Shown here: positions 26,832-35,806 of the stretch, piece by piece | Layout: each line of letters begins with the position of its first letter | How positions within the stretch are numbered: position 1 is the stretch's first letter | DNA from: Deltaproteobacteria bacterium | GTDB lineage: Bacteria; Desulfobacterota; RBG-13-43-22 | Reading direction: 5' to 3' | Assembly: GCA_016219225.1 (NCBI GenBank) | Contig: JACRBX010000202.1 | Location: 741 to 64,740, forward strand | Length of the DNA: 64,000 nucleotides | The notes under the pieces: model-generated | What the model was told of the DNA's origin: nothing | Database searches by the model: none | The model's input: the letters and a program-made list of their open reading frames with translations, nothing else | Translations under genes and position numbers: made by a program

Positions 26832-28028
26832 ATGAGAAAAGTCGGCATTGTGGGGATGGGGACCACCAAGTTCAAGGCCCGCTGGGTGGACAAGACCTAT
26901 TATGAGCTGGCCTTCGATGCGGCCAGGATGGCCATGGAGGATGCCGGACTCAGTCGGCTGGATATCGATTGTGCCGTCTACGGGATCTACAACGATTTGT
27001 TTCAGCGTCAATACCAGCCTGACGCCTTTGTCCACGATTATCTGGGACTGGGCTTAAAGCCCATGGTGCGGGTCAATTCCGGCGGGGCCACCGGCGGGGC
27101 GGCCCTGCGCATCGGCTACGCCGAGGTGGCCAGCGGCCTCTATGACATCTGTCTGGTCCTGGGGGTGGAAAAATGCGCCGATTGCTACAACTATGAATTT
27201 CAGTCCGCCACCCCGGAGGTCCTGCGGGCCATCCTCTATACGGCTGACATGACTTATGACAACCCGGCCGGCCGCACCGCCGCCTCGGGCTTTGCACTGG
27301 CGGTCATCGCCCACCGGGAAAAATACGGCAACCCCACCGATGAACAGATGGCCAAGGTCTCGGTGAAGAATCATTTCAATGCCACCAAGAATCCCATTGC
27401 CCAATCGCCCAAGGTCCTGACGGTGGAGGAGGTCTTGAATTCCAAAAAGATCGTCGAGCCTTTCCGGTTTTATGACAATTGCCTCTATACCGAAGGGTCT
27501 TCGGCGGTCATCCTGGCCTCCGAGGAAGTTGCCCGGAAAATAAGCCCCAAACCGGTCTGGATTACCGGAGTGGGGGCTTCCACCGACTATGTCATACCCG
27601 GAAACCGGCCCAACATCCATACCTTCGAATCTTCCCGGCTGGCGGCTCAAAAGGCTTACGGCATGGCCGGCCTTACCCACCCCCTGGAAGATTTGGATTT
27701 AGCGGAACTGCATGACGCCTTTACCGGTACCGAGATTATGGCCTATGAAGACTGCTTTTTTTGTGAAGAAGGGCAGGGGGGACGGTTGATCGATGAAGGG
27801 GTGGTCATGGCCGGAGGAAAATTGCCGGTCAACCTGAGCGGCGGTTTGATCGGCTGCGGCCATGCCGTAGGGGCCACAGGCATCATGCAGACTTATGAAG
27901 TAGCCCTGCAATTGCGGGGAGAGGCCGGAGAACGGCAGGTCGAAAATGCCCGCCGCGGATTGGTGCAAAGTATCGGCGGGACCCTTTGCACCTGGACGGT
28001 TTGTCTGGTTTTGGAAAGGGAGGGCTGA
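26832..28028 (+). CDS. Thiolase-fold protein lacking the nucleophilic Cys (VNSGGATG where the paralogs have NWCTSG or NFCATA). Candidate Ltp2-like retro-aldolase.
   Basis: SCP-x-like VGIVGMGTTKFK N-terminus, with the GHAVGATG His motif retained. Followed 2 nt later by a stand-alone DUF35 gene. Confidence 0.8.
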   Translation: MRKVGIVGMGTTKFKARWVDKTYYELAFDAARMAMEDAGLSRLDIDCAVYGIYNDLFQRQYQPDAFVHDYLGLGLKPMVRVNSGGATGGAALRIGYAEVASGLYDICLVLGVEKCADCYNYEFQSATPEVLRAILYTADMTYDNPAGRTAASGFALAVIAHREKYGNPTDEQMAKVSVKNHFNATKNPIAQSPKVLTVEEVLNSKKIVEPFRFYDNCLYTEGSSAVILASEEVARKISPKPVWITGVGASTDYVIPGNRPNIHTFESSRLAAQKAYGMAGLTHPLEDLDLAELHDAFTGTEIMAYEDCFFCEEGQGGRLIDEGVVMAGGKLPVNLSGGLIGCGHAVGATGIMQTYEVALQLRGEAGERQVENARRGLVQSIGGTLCTWTVCLVLEREG

Positions 28029-28030
28029 TC

Positions 28031-28576
28031 ATGAACGAGCAGGAACGGGAAAAATGGTATGCTTTTGAGCATCAAAAATATGGCATCCCCATTGAATATC
28101 TGAAGCGGGAATTTGAAAAAGAGTTGTCAGGCCAAGTCCCTATGGACCAACCCCTGGAGATACCTGACAAGATGGAGGTCATCTATAAGTACAGTTACGG
28201 CCAACAATCCCGGTTTTTCAGGGAACTGCGGGAAAACAAGAAAATTTACGGGGCCAAATGCCCCCAATGCAGCAAGGTCTACTGCCCTCCCAGGGCCCAT
28301 TGTTCCCTGTGCTATCAGCCTACCGAATGGGTGCCTTTGACCGGGACCGGGGTGATCAAGACCTTTACGGTCCAGTATATCTCCACCAGTGCCTTTATTA
28401 AAAAAGTTCCCTTTGTCTGCGCCTATGTGCAATTAGATGGAACCGATTTTCTGCTCATGGCCAATATGGAAGTGGAAGATGTGGCCCGGATCAGGGTGGG
28501 GACAAAAGTCAAGGCCGTCTTTCGTGAAGAACGGCAGGGGACCATCACGGATTTTTATTTTGAACCGTACGAATAA
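28031..28576 (+). CDS. DUF35 protein (rubredoxin-like Zn ribbon plus OB-fold), partner of the thiolase-fold protein
   Basis: CPQCSKVYCPPRAHCSLC zinc ribbon. Size (about 180 aa) and thiolase-adjacent position match BbsA and the ChsH2-DUF35 domain. Confidence 0.8.
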   Translation: MNEQEREKWYAFEHQKYGIPIEYLKREFEKELSGQVPMDQPLEIPDKMEVIYKYSYGQQSRFFRELRENKKIYGAKCPQCSKVYCPPRAHCSLCYQPTEWVPLTGTGVIKTFTVQYISTSAFIKKVPFVCAYVQLDGTDFLLMANMEVEDVARIRVGTKVKAVFREERQGTITDFYFEPYE

Positions 28577-28581
28577 TTTTT

Positions 28582-28614
28582 TTGACAGGATTTACGGGAT
28601 TGACAGGATTGACA
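28582..28614 (+). promoter_or_regulatory. Tandem 9-bp direct repeats TTGACAGGA / TTTACGGGA / TTGACAGGA / TTGACAAAT, each containing a -35-like box. Possible direct-repeat regulator site or promoter upstream of the BKACE-ligase-MaoC genes.
   Basis: Seen directly. The same TTGACAGGAT word also occurs at 16247. Confidence 0.4.
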
Positions 28615-28646
28615 AATTCATAAAAAGTCCCTATGCGCGCATATTC

Positions 28647-28724
28647 GTCATTCCCGTGAAAACGGGAATCCAGTGCTTTTAAGCAGTCACGAGTTGACTG
28701 GATTCCCGCCTTCGCGGGAATGAC
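28647..28724. repeat. REP/BIME-like inverted pair (gtcATTCCCGTgaaaACGGGAATccag, a 24-nt spacer, then ctggATTCCCGCcttcGCGGGAATgac)
   Basis: Two 8-bp-stem hairpins in opposite orientation. Homologous to the elements at 9402, 43298 and 63886. Confidence 0.85.
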
Positions 28725-28838
28725 GAGTTTTTGCGAGTTAATCAGGATTGTATTTTCCCCTTTCTTGTCGAAGGGTAAAAAAATCCAATTAATCCCTTTT
28801 AAAAGTAATTTAATACACATCAATCGCGGAGGCCATAA

Positions 28839-29678
28839 ATGTCCCGGAAAGTCATCATCACCATTGCCCCCACAGGCAGTATACCGACCCGGAAAAACAA
28901 TCCCAATCTTCCGATTACGCCGGAAGAAGTGGCCGAAGAAGCGCGTCGCTCTTATGAGGCCGGGGCTGCCGTGGTGCACCTCCACGCCAGGAATCCCGAT
29001 ACCGGTGAACCCACGCCGGACATCGAGGTCTTCCGGGCCAATCTTGAGGCCATCCGGGCGGCCTGCCCGATCATTACCCAGATCACCTCGGGCGGCGGGG
29101 CAACCCGCTTGGGCCTCACACCGGAGGAGCGGTTGAAACCGGTCCTGGAACTCCAACCCGATTCGGCCTCTTTGAATGCCGGCTCCATGAATTTCGGCCG
29201 GAACCTCTTTCCCAATCTTCCGGAAGTCATGGAGCTATATGCCCGGAAGATGAAAGAGATCAAGGTCATGCCCGAGTTTGAAGTCTATGATCTGTCCATG
29301 ATTAATAATGTAGAGGTCTGGATCCGCCAGGGCGGGATATTGGAACCCCCCTATCAATTCAGTTTTGTCCTTGGGGTTTTGGGCGGGATTCCGGCCACCT
29401 TTAAAAATCTCCTGGCCCTGAAGGAAAGCCTGCCCGAGGGCTACACCTGGCAGGCTATCGGTATCGGCCGCCATCAGATCCCCATGGGGATTATGGCTGT
29501 CCTTATGGGGGGAAATTTCCGGGTCGGTTTTGAAGATAATGTTTACCTGTCCAAAGGGGTCCTGGCCAAAAGCAATGCCGAATTGGTGGAAAAGGCGGTG
29601 CGCATCATCCGGGAATTGGGGTATGAACCCGCTACGGTAGCAGAGGCCAGGGAGATATTGCCGCTGTTGAATAAATAA
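28839..29678 (+). CDS. Beta-keto acid cleavage enzyme (BKACE/DUF849, 3-keto-5-aminohexanoate cleavage enzyme family)
   Basis: VIITIAPTGSIPTRK N-terminus and a TIM-barrel family signature. GGAGG RBS. Confidence 0.85.
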   Translation: MSRKVIITIAPTGSIPTRKNNPNLPITPEEVAEEARRSYEAGAAVVHLHARNPDTGEPTPDIEVFRANLEAIRAACPIITQITSGGGATRLGLTPEERLKPVLELQPDSASLNAGSMNFGRNLFPNLPEVMELYARKMKEIKVMPEFEVYDLSMINNVEVWIRQGGILEPPYQFSFVLGVLGGIPATFKNLLALKESLPEGYTWQAIGIGRHQIPMGIMAVLMGGNFRVGFEDNVYLSKGVLAKSNAELVEKAVRIIRELGYEPATVAEAREILPLLNK

Positions 29679-29727
29679 AAAATATGAGGAAAAGGAGAAT
29701 TTCGATATTCATATTTGGAGGAATCTT

Positions 29728-31263
29728 ATGGAAATGACTCTCGGTGAGGCATTTGCCCGTTCGGCCCGAAAATTTCCGGACAAAACGGCCTGTATGGATG
29801 ATGAAAAAAGTATCACCTATGGCCGGATGAATGAACGGGTTAATCGCTGGGCCCAGGCGGCTATTGGATTGGGTTTGGAAAAGGGCCGTCATGTAGCCAC
29901 CTTGGCCAATAATTGTCTGGCTTTAATGGAAGTCTATCTGGGAAATCTAAAATGCGGCCTGGTCACCGTACCTATCGACGCCCGGGCCACTTTGCAGGAT
30001 AAGTGTTATCAGGCCGAATTCACCGACAACGACGTCCTGATCTTTCACTCTGATTTTTCCGGTACGGTAGAAGAAATACGCAGTCGGCTTCCACAGATAA
30101 AAACCTTTGTCTGTCTGGGCGGGAATTGCCCTTCTTTTGCCCTGGATTACGAAAAGCTGCTTCGGCAAAGCCAGGATAAAGAAACGGAAATCCCTCTGGT
30201 GGAAGAAGACGAAGCCTTTATCCTGTTCACAGGAGGGACCACCGGCCGTTCCAAAGGGGCGATACTGACCCATAAGAATTTACTCTGGAATATCATTTGT
30301 GTGACCACTGAAAATCAAAGCCCCACCCCGGAAGATAGTGTCTATTATCCCATGCAGATGTACCACACGGCGGCCTTAAGCCGTTTTCTGGCCTACATGT
30401 ATGCCGGCGGGACCTTCATCGGCAGCAAAACCTTTAACCCGGATACTTATCTGGATGTGGTGGAAAAAGAACGGACCACCTTTATCGTCGGCAATCCCAC
30501 CATCTTCAGGATGCTCCTGGAGGCCAATATCAAACGTCCCCGGGACACGTCTTCCATGAAGCGCTGGTTTTGCTCTCAAGGTTTTTTGCATCCGGATTTA
30601 AAAGAAGATATCCAAAAATATCTCTGGCCCAACGGCGAGCTGTACGGCTCTTATGCCTTGACCGAGGCCTCGCCGGCAGTGACCGTTTTAAAACCTACGG
30701 ACAGACCCCGTCAATGGGGGAGTGTCGGCCGCCCTTATATGTGCACCGAGGTGCGTATCGTGGATGAGTCTGATCAGGACAGGCCTGTTGGAGAAGAGGG
30801 GGAAATTATCGTCCGCGGGCCCACGGTTTTCAAAGGGTATTACAAAAACCCCGAAGAAACCGCCCGGACCTTAAGGGGGGGCTGGCTGCACACCGGGGAT
30901 GTGGGCCGATACGATGACCTGGGTTTTCTCTATATGGTCGACCGGATCAAGGACATGATCAAGACCGGGGGGATTAATGTCTTTTGCAGTGAAATAGAAG
31001 AGGTCCTTTCCCGCCATCCGGATATCTCCGAAGGGGTGGTCATCGGGGTCCCCCATGTCAAATGGGGAGAATCCATCCGGGCCATCGTGGTCCCTAAAAA
31101 AGGGGCGGAGTTGTCGGAAGCGGCAGTCATCGAACACTGCCGCTGCCATCTGGCCAGTCATAAGAAGCCCACCTCGGTCATCTTTTTGGAGGAACTGCCC
31201 AAAGGGACCTTTGGCGGCAAGGTTTTGAAAAGAATTTTACGGGAGCAATACGGAAAGGAATAG
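29728..31263 (+). CDS. AMP-dependent acyl-CoA synthetase/ligase
   Basis: FTGGTTGRSKGA AMP-binding motif and a GWLHTGD motif. Confidence 0.9.
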   Translation: MEMTLGEAFARSARKFPDKTACMDDEKSITYGRMNERVNRWAQAAIGLGLEKGRHVATLANNCLALMEVYLGNLKCGLVTVPIDARATLQDKCYQAEFTDNDVLIFHSDFSGTVEEIRSRLPQIKTFVCLGGNCPSFALDYEKLLRQSQDKETEIPLVEEDEAFILFTGGTTGRSKGAILTHKNLLWNIICVTTENQSPTPEDSVYYPMQMYHTAALSRFLAYMYAGGTFIGSKTFNPDTYLDVVEKERTTFIVGNPTIFRMLLEANIKRPRDTSSMKRWFCSQGFLHPDLKEDIQKYLWPNGELYGSYALTEASPAVTVLKPTDRPRQWGSVGRPYMCTEVRIVDESDQDRPVGEEGEIIVRGPTVFKGYYKNPEETARTLRGGWLHTGDVGRYDDLGFLYMVDRIKDMIKTGGINVFCSEIEEVLSRHPDISEGVVIGVPHVKWGESIRAIVVPKKGAELSEAAVIEHCRCHLASHKKPTSVIFLEELPKGTFGGKVLKRILREQYGKE

Positions 31264-31271
31264 ATTTTTTT

Positions 31272-31724
31272 ATGGCCCCCCATTATTTTGACGATTTCTA
31301 TCTTGGCCAGGAATTCATTACTAAGAGCCGGACGGTGACTGAAACCGATATAGTCAATTTCGCCGCCCTGTCCTGGGATACCAACCAACTGCATACCGAT
31401 GCCGAATTCGCCAAAACGACCCCTTTCGGCGAGCGGATTGCCCACGGCATGCTGGGCCTGGTGATCCATACCGGACTGTCCCAGATGCTGGGGATCATGG
31501 AAGGAACCGTCATTGCCTTTCTGGGCCTGACCTGGAATTTTCTCCTGCCCGTCCGCATCGGGGATACCATCCATGTGGTCCAGCGGGTCAAGGAACTGCG
31601 GGAGACTTCCAATCCGGAGCGGGGGATCCTGGTCCTTGAAAAGGAAGTGGTCAATCAAAAGGGAGAGACCGTTCAGAAAGGGACGACCACTACCCTGATG
31701 GCCAGGCAGAAAAGAGGCCAATAA
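31272..31724 (+). CDS. MaoC-like (R)-specific enoyl-CoA hydratase/dehydratase (hotdog fold)
   Basis: 150 aa with a hotdog core DTNQLHTDAEFAKTTPFGERIAHGML. Confidence 0.85.
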   Translation: MAPHYFDDFYLGQEFITKSRTVTETDIVNFAALSWDTNQLHTDAEFAKTTPFGERIAHGMLGLVIHTGLSQMLGIMEGTVIAFLGLTWNFLLPVRIGDTIHVVQRVKELRETSNPERGILVLEKEVVNQKGETVQKGTTTTLMARQKRGQ

Positions 31725-31728
31725 ATTT

Positions 31729-31800
31729 ATGAAGATCCTCTTCGGCAAGCCCATCGCCTCTTTTCAACTGGTCCAGAATCTGCTGGCCGAGATGTCTAAT
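31729..31800 (+). pseudogene. Remnant of an acyl-CoA dehydrogenase gene (about 24 codons of the C-terminal domain)
   Basis: Translation ILFGKPIASFQLVQNLLAEMSN matches the conserved R..FGKPIG.FQ...LAEM ACAD motif. No N-terminal domains are present. A shorter trace of the same sequence lies at 38333..38356. Confidence 0.45.
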
Positions 31801-31802
31801 AG

Positions 31803-31821
31803 GTCAGGCATCTTGCCTGAC
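31803..31821. promoter_or_regulatory. Palindrome GTCAGGCA-tct-TGCCTGAC within a duplicated about 70-bp junction element directly upstream of the CoA-transferase start codon
   Basis: Second copy (GTCAGGCA-tcc-TGCCTGAC) at 38375..38393. Both are embedded in homologous flanks (atgtctaa...aaaaATGgg). Dimeric TF site or hairpin. Confidence 0.45.
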
Positions 31822-31849
31822 AATAGATTGAAATTAAAAAGGACGAAAA

Positions 31850-33046
31850 ATGGGTCACTACAGTAACAGCGGACCGCTCAGCGGAATAAAAATTCTGGAT
31901 TTTTCCAGCCTTCTGCCCGGTCCTTTTGCAACATTATATCTGGCCGATATGGGGGCCACGGTTTTGCGGGTCGGTTCAGGCACCAGGCCGGACCCTATAG
32001 AGACCAGAACACCTTTTATTCCTGAGACTGAAATTTCAGCGCTCTGGGCCTACCTGGCACGGGGTAAGCAGTCGATCAATCTAAACCTTAAAAATCCCAA
32101 GGCCGTCAGGATTGTTGAACAGTTGATCGCCGAATATGATGTGGTCATCGAACAATTTCGACCGGGTGTGATGGGCAAACTGAGATTGGATTATGAAAGC
32201 CTGAAAAAAATTAATCCGGCCGTCATCTATTGCTCGCTAACCGGCTATGGACAGACCGGTCCCTTAAGAAAAAGGGCCGGTCATGACATTAACTATCTTT
32301 CTCTGGCTGGACTTCCGGCTTATTCAGGGAAAAAAGAAAGCGGTCCGTCTCTGACGGGTATGCAGATTGCCGATATCGCTTCCGGTTCACTCCATTCGGT
32401 TATCGGTATTCTGGCGGCCGTCATCCATAGAAAGGAAACCGGGGAAGGACAATATATAGACCTAGCCATGATGGATGGGGTGATGGCCTTTAATATTGCA
32501 TCCGGGGTTTCTTGCCTGGTGGACGGGACAGAGCCGGTCCGGGAAAGGGAACGGCTGAACGGGGGGACCCTTTATGATTTTTATGAAACCAAAGACGGGG
32601 AATATATGAGTCTTGGTGCCCTGGAACCCCAGTTCTTTAAAGCCTTTTGTGAAGCCATCGGGCGTCCGGATCTTATATCTGGCGGCATTGCTCCCAAAAA
32701 TATTGAAACGGTCAAGGCTGAAGTTCGCGCCATTTTTAAATCAAAAACGAGGGATGAATGGAGAGAAATTTTCAGGGACTTCGATGCCTGTGTGGAGCCG
32801 GTGCTCGGTCTTTCGGAAGCCTTAAACAGCGCCCAGGCCAAAGAACGTCAGATGGTCATCGATATAGAACTGCCGGAGGGTGGCAAGGTCAGGCAGCTGG
32901 CTAACCCGATTAAGTTTTCTCATGCCCCTAAAGAATACACCTCTATAGGGGTTCCTTCGGGGACACACACCAAAGAGATTATCGGCGGATTAAGCTATTC
33001 GGAGGAGGAGTATAAAAGGATGGAGCAAGAAGGGGTCTTTAGTTAA
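31850..33046 (+). CDS. Family III CoA-transferase
   Basis: GIKILDFSSLLPGPFATLYLADMGATVLRV motif. Directly followed by a second family III gene, so possibly a BbsEF-like heterodimer. Confidence 0.9.
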   Translation: MGHYSNSGPLSGIKILDFSSLLPGPFATLYLADMGATVLRVGSGTRPDPIETRTPFIPETEISALWAYLARGKQSINLNLKNPKAVRIVEQLIAEYDVVIEQFRPGVMGKLRLDYESLKKINPAVIYCSLTGYGQTGPLRKRAGHDINYLSLAGLPAYSGKKESGPSLTGMQIADIASGSLHSVIGILAAVIHRKETGEGQYIDLAMMDGVMAFNIASGVSCLVDGTEPVRERERLNGGTLYDFYETKDGEYMSLGALEPQFFKAFCEAIGRPDLISGGIAPKNIETVKAEVRAIFKSKTRDEWREIFRDFDACVEPVLGLSEALNSAQAKERQMVIDIELPEGGKVRQLANPIKFSHAPKEYTSIGVPSGTHTKEIIGGLSYSEEEYKRMEQEGVFS

Positions 33047-34204
33047 ATGAGTAGAGCGCTTGAAGGGATCAAGGTTTTGGATCTGGGAAGCTATATCGCC
33101 GGCCCCTATTGTTGTATGCTTTTGGCGGATCATGGGGCCGAGGTCATCCGGGTGGAGCCGCCGATGGGTAAGGTGGATCGTGAACTGGGCCCCTATTCGC
33201 CGGACGGCCAGCCCATGTCCTTCGGTTTGACGATACAGCGAAACAAGAAAAATATCACCTTAAACTTAAAGTCCGAAGCGGGAAAGCGACTTTTAGAGGA
33301 ATTGGTTAAAAAGGCCGATATCCTGGTGCACAATTCTCCTAAAGGATCGGAAGAGGCCCGGGTCCTCGAATATGAGCGTTTGAGCAGGATCAATCCGGCT
33401 TTGATCGTTGTGGCCATATCCGGCTTCGGGCAGAACGGCCCTTATGCGGAGCGGCCTTGCTTTGATGCCATTGCCCAGGCCATGTCCGGTTCCATGCCCT
33501 TCACCGGATATCCGGGATTGCCGCCCCTCAGGGCCGCCCTCCCTTATATCGATTTCAATACAGCGGCCCGGGCCGCTTTCGGGGCTATGATGGCCTATGT
33601 GGAGCGTCAGACGAGCGGCCGGGGGCAGCTTGTCGACATTGCCCTCTTTGACGTGGCCTTCTCCATAGTGGGCTCCGTGGGGTGTGCGGCCGAATACCTG
33701 CTCCTGGGTGAATTGCGAAAACAAGTCGGTAATGGGGGGTTCTATGCCTATTGCTGCAGTGCCTCGGCAAAAGACGGCTACCTGATGATCAATATCGTCG
33801 GCAATAGTATGTGGCGGCGCATGTGCCGGGTCCTGGGTCGGGAGGATCTGGCTAAAGATCCGCGCTTTAAAGATAATCTGCAACGCTACCGGAACTATGA
33901 GGCCATTGATCCGATCCTGGGGGATTGGATCAGAGATAAAACGATAGCCGAAGCCATGCGAATACTGGATGAAGCCGGTATCCCCTGCGGTCCGGTCAAT
34001 GATGTCTCCCGGACCCTGGAGGTGCCGCAAATTAAGGCCCGGGAAATGCTGATCGAACTCGACTATCCCGTCACCGGAAAAATTCCGGTTCCAGGGGTGG
34101 ATATCAAACTATCGAGAACACCGGGCCGGGTGGCTAAACGGGCATCTTTGTTGGGAGAAGACAATGAATCCATTTACTGCTGGCTTCTCGGCTATGAACC
34201 GTAA
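33047..34204 (+). CDS. Family III CoA-transferase (paralog of 465..1667)
   Basis: GIKVLDLGSYIAGPYCCMLLADHGAEVIRVE motif. Its start codon abuts the upstream stop codon. Confidence 0.9.
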   Translation: MSRALEGIKVLDLGSYIAGPYCCMLLADHGAEVIRVEPPMGKVDRELGPYSPDGQPMSFGLTIQRNKKNITLNLKSEAGKRLLEELVKKADILVHNSPKGSEEARVLEYERLSRINPALIVVAISGFGQNGPYAERPCFDAIAQAMSGSMPFTGYPGLPPLRAALPYIDFNTAARAAFGAMMAYVERQTSGRGQLVDIALFDVAFSIVGSVGCAAEYLLLGELRKQVGNGGFYAYCCSASAKDGYLMINIVGNSMWRRMCRVLGREDLAKDPRFKDNLQRYRNYEAIDPILGDWIRDKTIAEAMRILDEAGIPCGPVNDVSRTLEVPQIKAREMLIELDYPVTGKIPVPGVDIKLSRTPGRVAKRASLLGEDNESIYCWLLGYEP

Positions 34205-34350
34205 GATCTGATACGATTGAAGGAAGAAAAGGCAATTTGAAGGGCAGCACCTTTGAAATTCATGAATTCAGGAGTCAGAAGCCAAAATTCAGAATGAGGA
34301 TCAATTCTTAAGAATCGACATTCATTACAGATATGGAGGGAAAAACAATG

Positions 34351-35805
34351 ACAGGAATCGTGTCTTATGGAGGCTATGTGCCTCGTTACCGGCTGGATCG
34401 TCGGAAGATATTTCAGGCTATGGGCTGGATGGACCCTTCGACCGCTTCGAATATGAGAGGCGAAAAGGCGGTAGCCAATTTTGATGAAGACAGCATCACC
34501 ATGGCCGTTGCCGCGGGAATAGACAGCCTCTGCGGGATGGACAGGTCGAAGGTGGATGGACTCTATTTCGCCTCGACCACCATGCCCTATAAGGAGCGGC
34601 TCAATGCCGGCATTTGCACGGCGGCTTTAGGACTCAAAGATCAAGTACGGGCCGCGGATTTCGGCGGCGGGCTGAAAGCCGGGACAACGGCGCTGCTGGC
34701 CGCCCTGGAAAGTGTCGCGGCCGGCGGTGCCAATACCATTATGGTTTGTGCTTCCGATTCCCGAATGGGAAGGCCGGCCTCCGGGGAAGAGATGATCTTT
34801 GGCGACGCTGCCGCAGGATTTATCGTCGGGAATGGAGAGGTGATCGCCGAATTCAAGGGCTCCTATTCGATCACCTATGATTTCGGCGATCACTACCGCG
34901 GGGCCTTTGCGAGGTTCGATCGGAAGTGGGAAGACCGATGGATTCGGGATCTGGGTTATGATCATTTTTTACCTGAGGTAATCAAGGGGTTCCTTTCCAA
35001 ATACGGCCTGAAGATCCAGGATTTTGCCAAGGTCATCTACGACTGCCATTATGGGGCGGAGCGTAAAAAACTCAATAAGATGCTGGGGATTACCGCCGAG
35101 ATGGATCAGGGGAATTACCAGGAACAGATCGGCCACTGCGGAGCGGCCCAAAGTCTGGTTATGCTGGCCGGTGCCCTGGAAGGGGCCAGGCCGGGAGACC
35201 GGCTGTTAGTGGTGAGCTTCGGCAGCGGCTGTGATGCCCTTTGTTTTGAGGTCACTGAAAACATCCTGAACAAAAAAAGCGGCCGCGGTATTTCGGGTTC
35301 CCTGGCCAACCGGGCGGAATTGGATGTTTATGAAAAATACCTGGTCTGGCGGGATATCCTGCCGGCGGAGATGGGGCTTCGGAGTGAGGAGGATCTCTGG
35401 ACCAGATGGACCGCTTTGTGGCGCAAGCGTAAAGAGGTCCTGGGACTCTGGGGCTCCCGGTGTTTAAAATGCGGGACTCCCCAATTACCGGCCCAGAAAA
35501 TCTGTGTTAATCCCGAGTGTGGGGCCGTCGACCAGATGGAAGAATATCTCTTTTCCGATAAGAAAGGACAGGTAGTCAGTTTTACCGGAGACATGCTGGC
35601 CGCTTCCTACAATCCTCCGGCCATCTACGGGGCCGTGGAATTCGAAGGGGGGGGCAAGTATTATTTTGACTTTGTCGATTGCACCCTGGCGGAAATGGCC
35701 ACCGGCCTGCCGGTGACCTTCAGTTTCAGAAGAAAATATTATGATAAGAAACGGGACATTTCCGGGTACTTCTGGAAGGCGGTCCCGGTAAAGGAGGACA
35801 AATAA
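34351..35805 (+). CDS. HMGCS/FabH-fold protein fused to C-terminal DUF35. The nucleophilic Cys is apparently absent.
   Basis: Homolog of 18038..19486 (FASTTMPYKERLN, FGDAAAGFIVG). Zn ribbon CLKCGTPQLPAQKICVNPECG. Start at ATG 34351 with a GGAGGG RBS. The track start 34333 is also possible. Confidence 0.8.
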   Translation, partial: TGIVSYGGYVPRYRLDRRKIFQAMGWMDPSTASNMRGEKAVANFDEDSITMAVAAGIDSLCGMDRSKVDGLYFASTTMPYKERLNAGICTAALGLKDQVRAADFGGGLKAGTTALLAALESVAAGGANTIMVCASDSRMGRPASGEEMIFGDAAAGFIVGNGEVIAEFKGSYSITYDFGDHYRGAFARFDRKWEDRWIRDLGYDHFLPEVIKGFLSKYGLKIQDFAKVIYDCHYGAERKKLNKMLGITAEMDQGNYQEQIGHCGAAQSLVMLAGALEGARPGDRLLVVSFGSGCDALCFEVTENILNKKSGRGISGSLANRAELDVYEKYLVWRDILPAEMGLRSEEDLWTRWTALWRKRKEVLGLWGSRCLKCGTPQLPAQKICVNPECGAVDQMEEYLFSDKKGQVVSFTGDMLAASYNPPAIYGAVEFEGGGKYYFDFVDCTLAEMATGLPVTFSFRRKYYDKKRDISGYFWKAVPVKEDK

Positions 35806-35806
35806 A

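Noticed and set aside
28647-28724. Possible CRISPR repeats (27-28-nt units with an internal hairpin, gtcattcccgtgaaaacgggaatccag)
   Set aside because: Units occur as single inverted pairs separated by 22-24 nt, not as arrays of direct repeats with unique spacers. No cas genes are present. A REP/BIME-like interpretation fits better.
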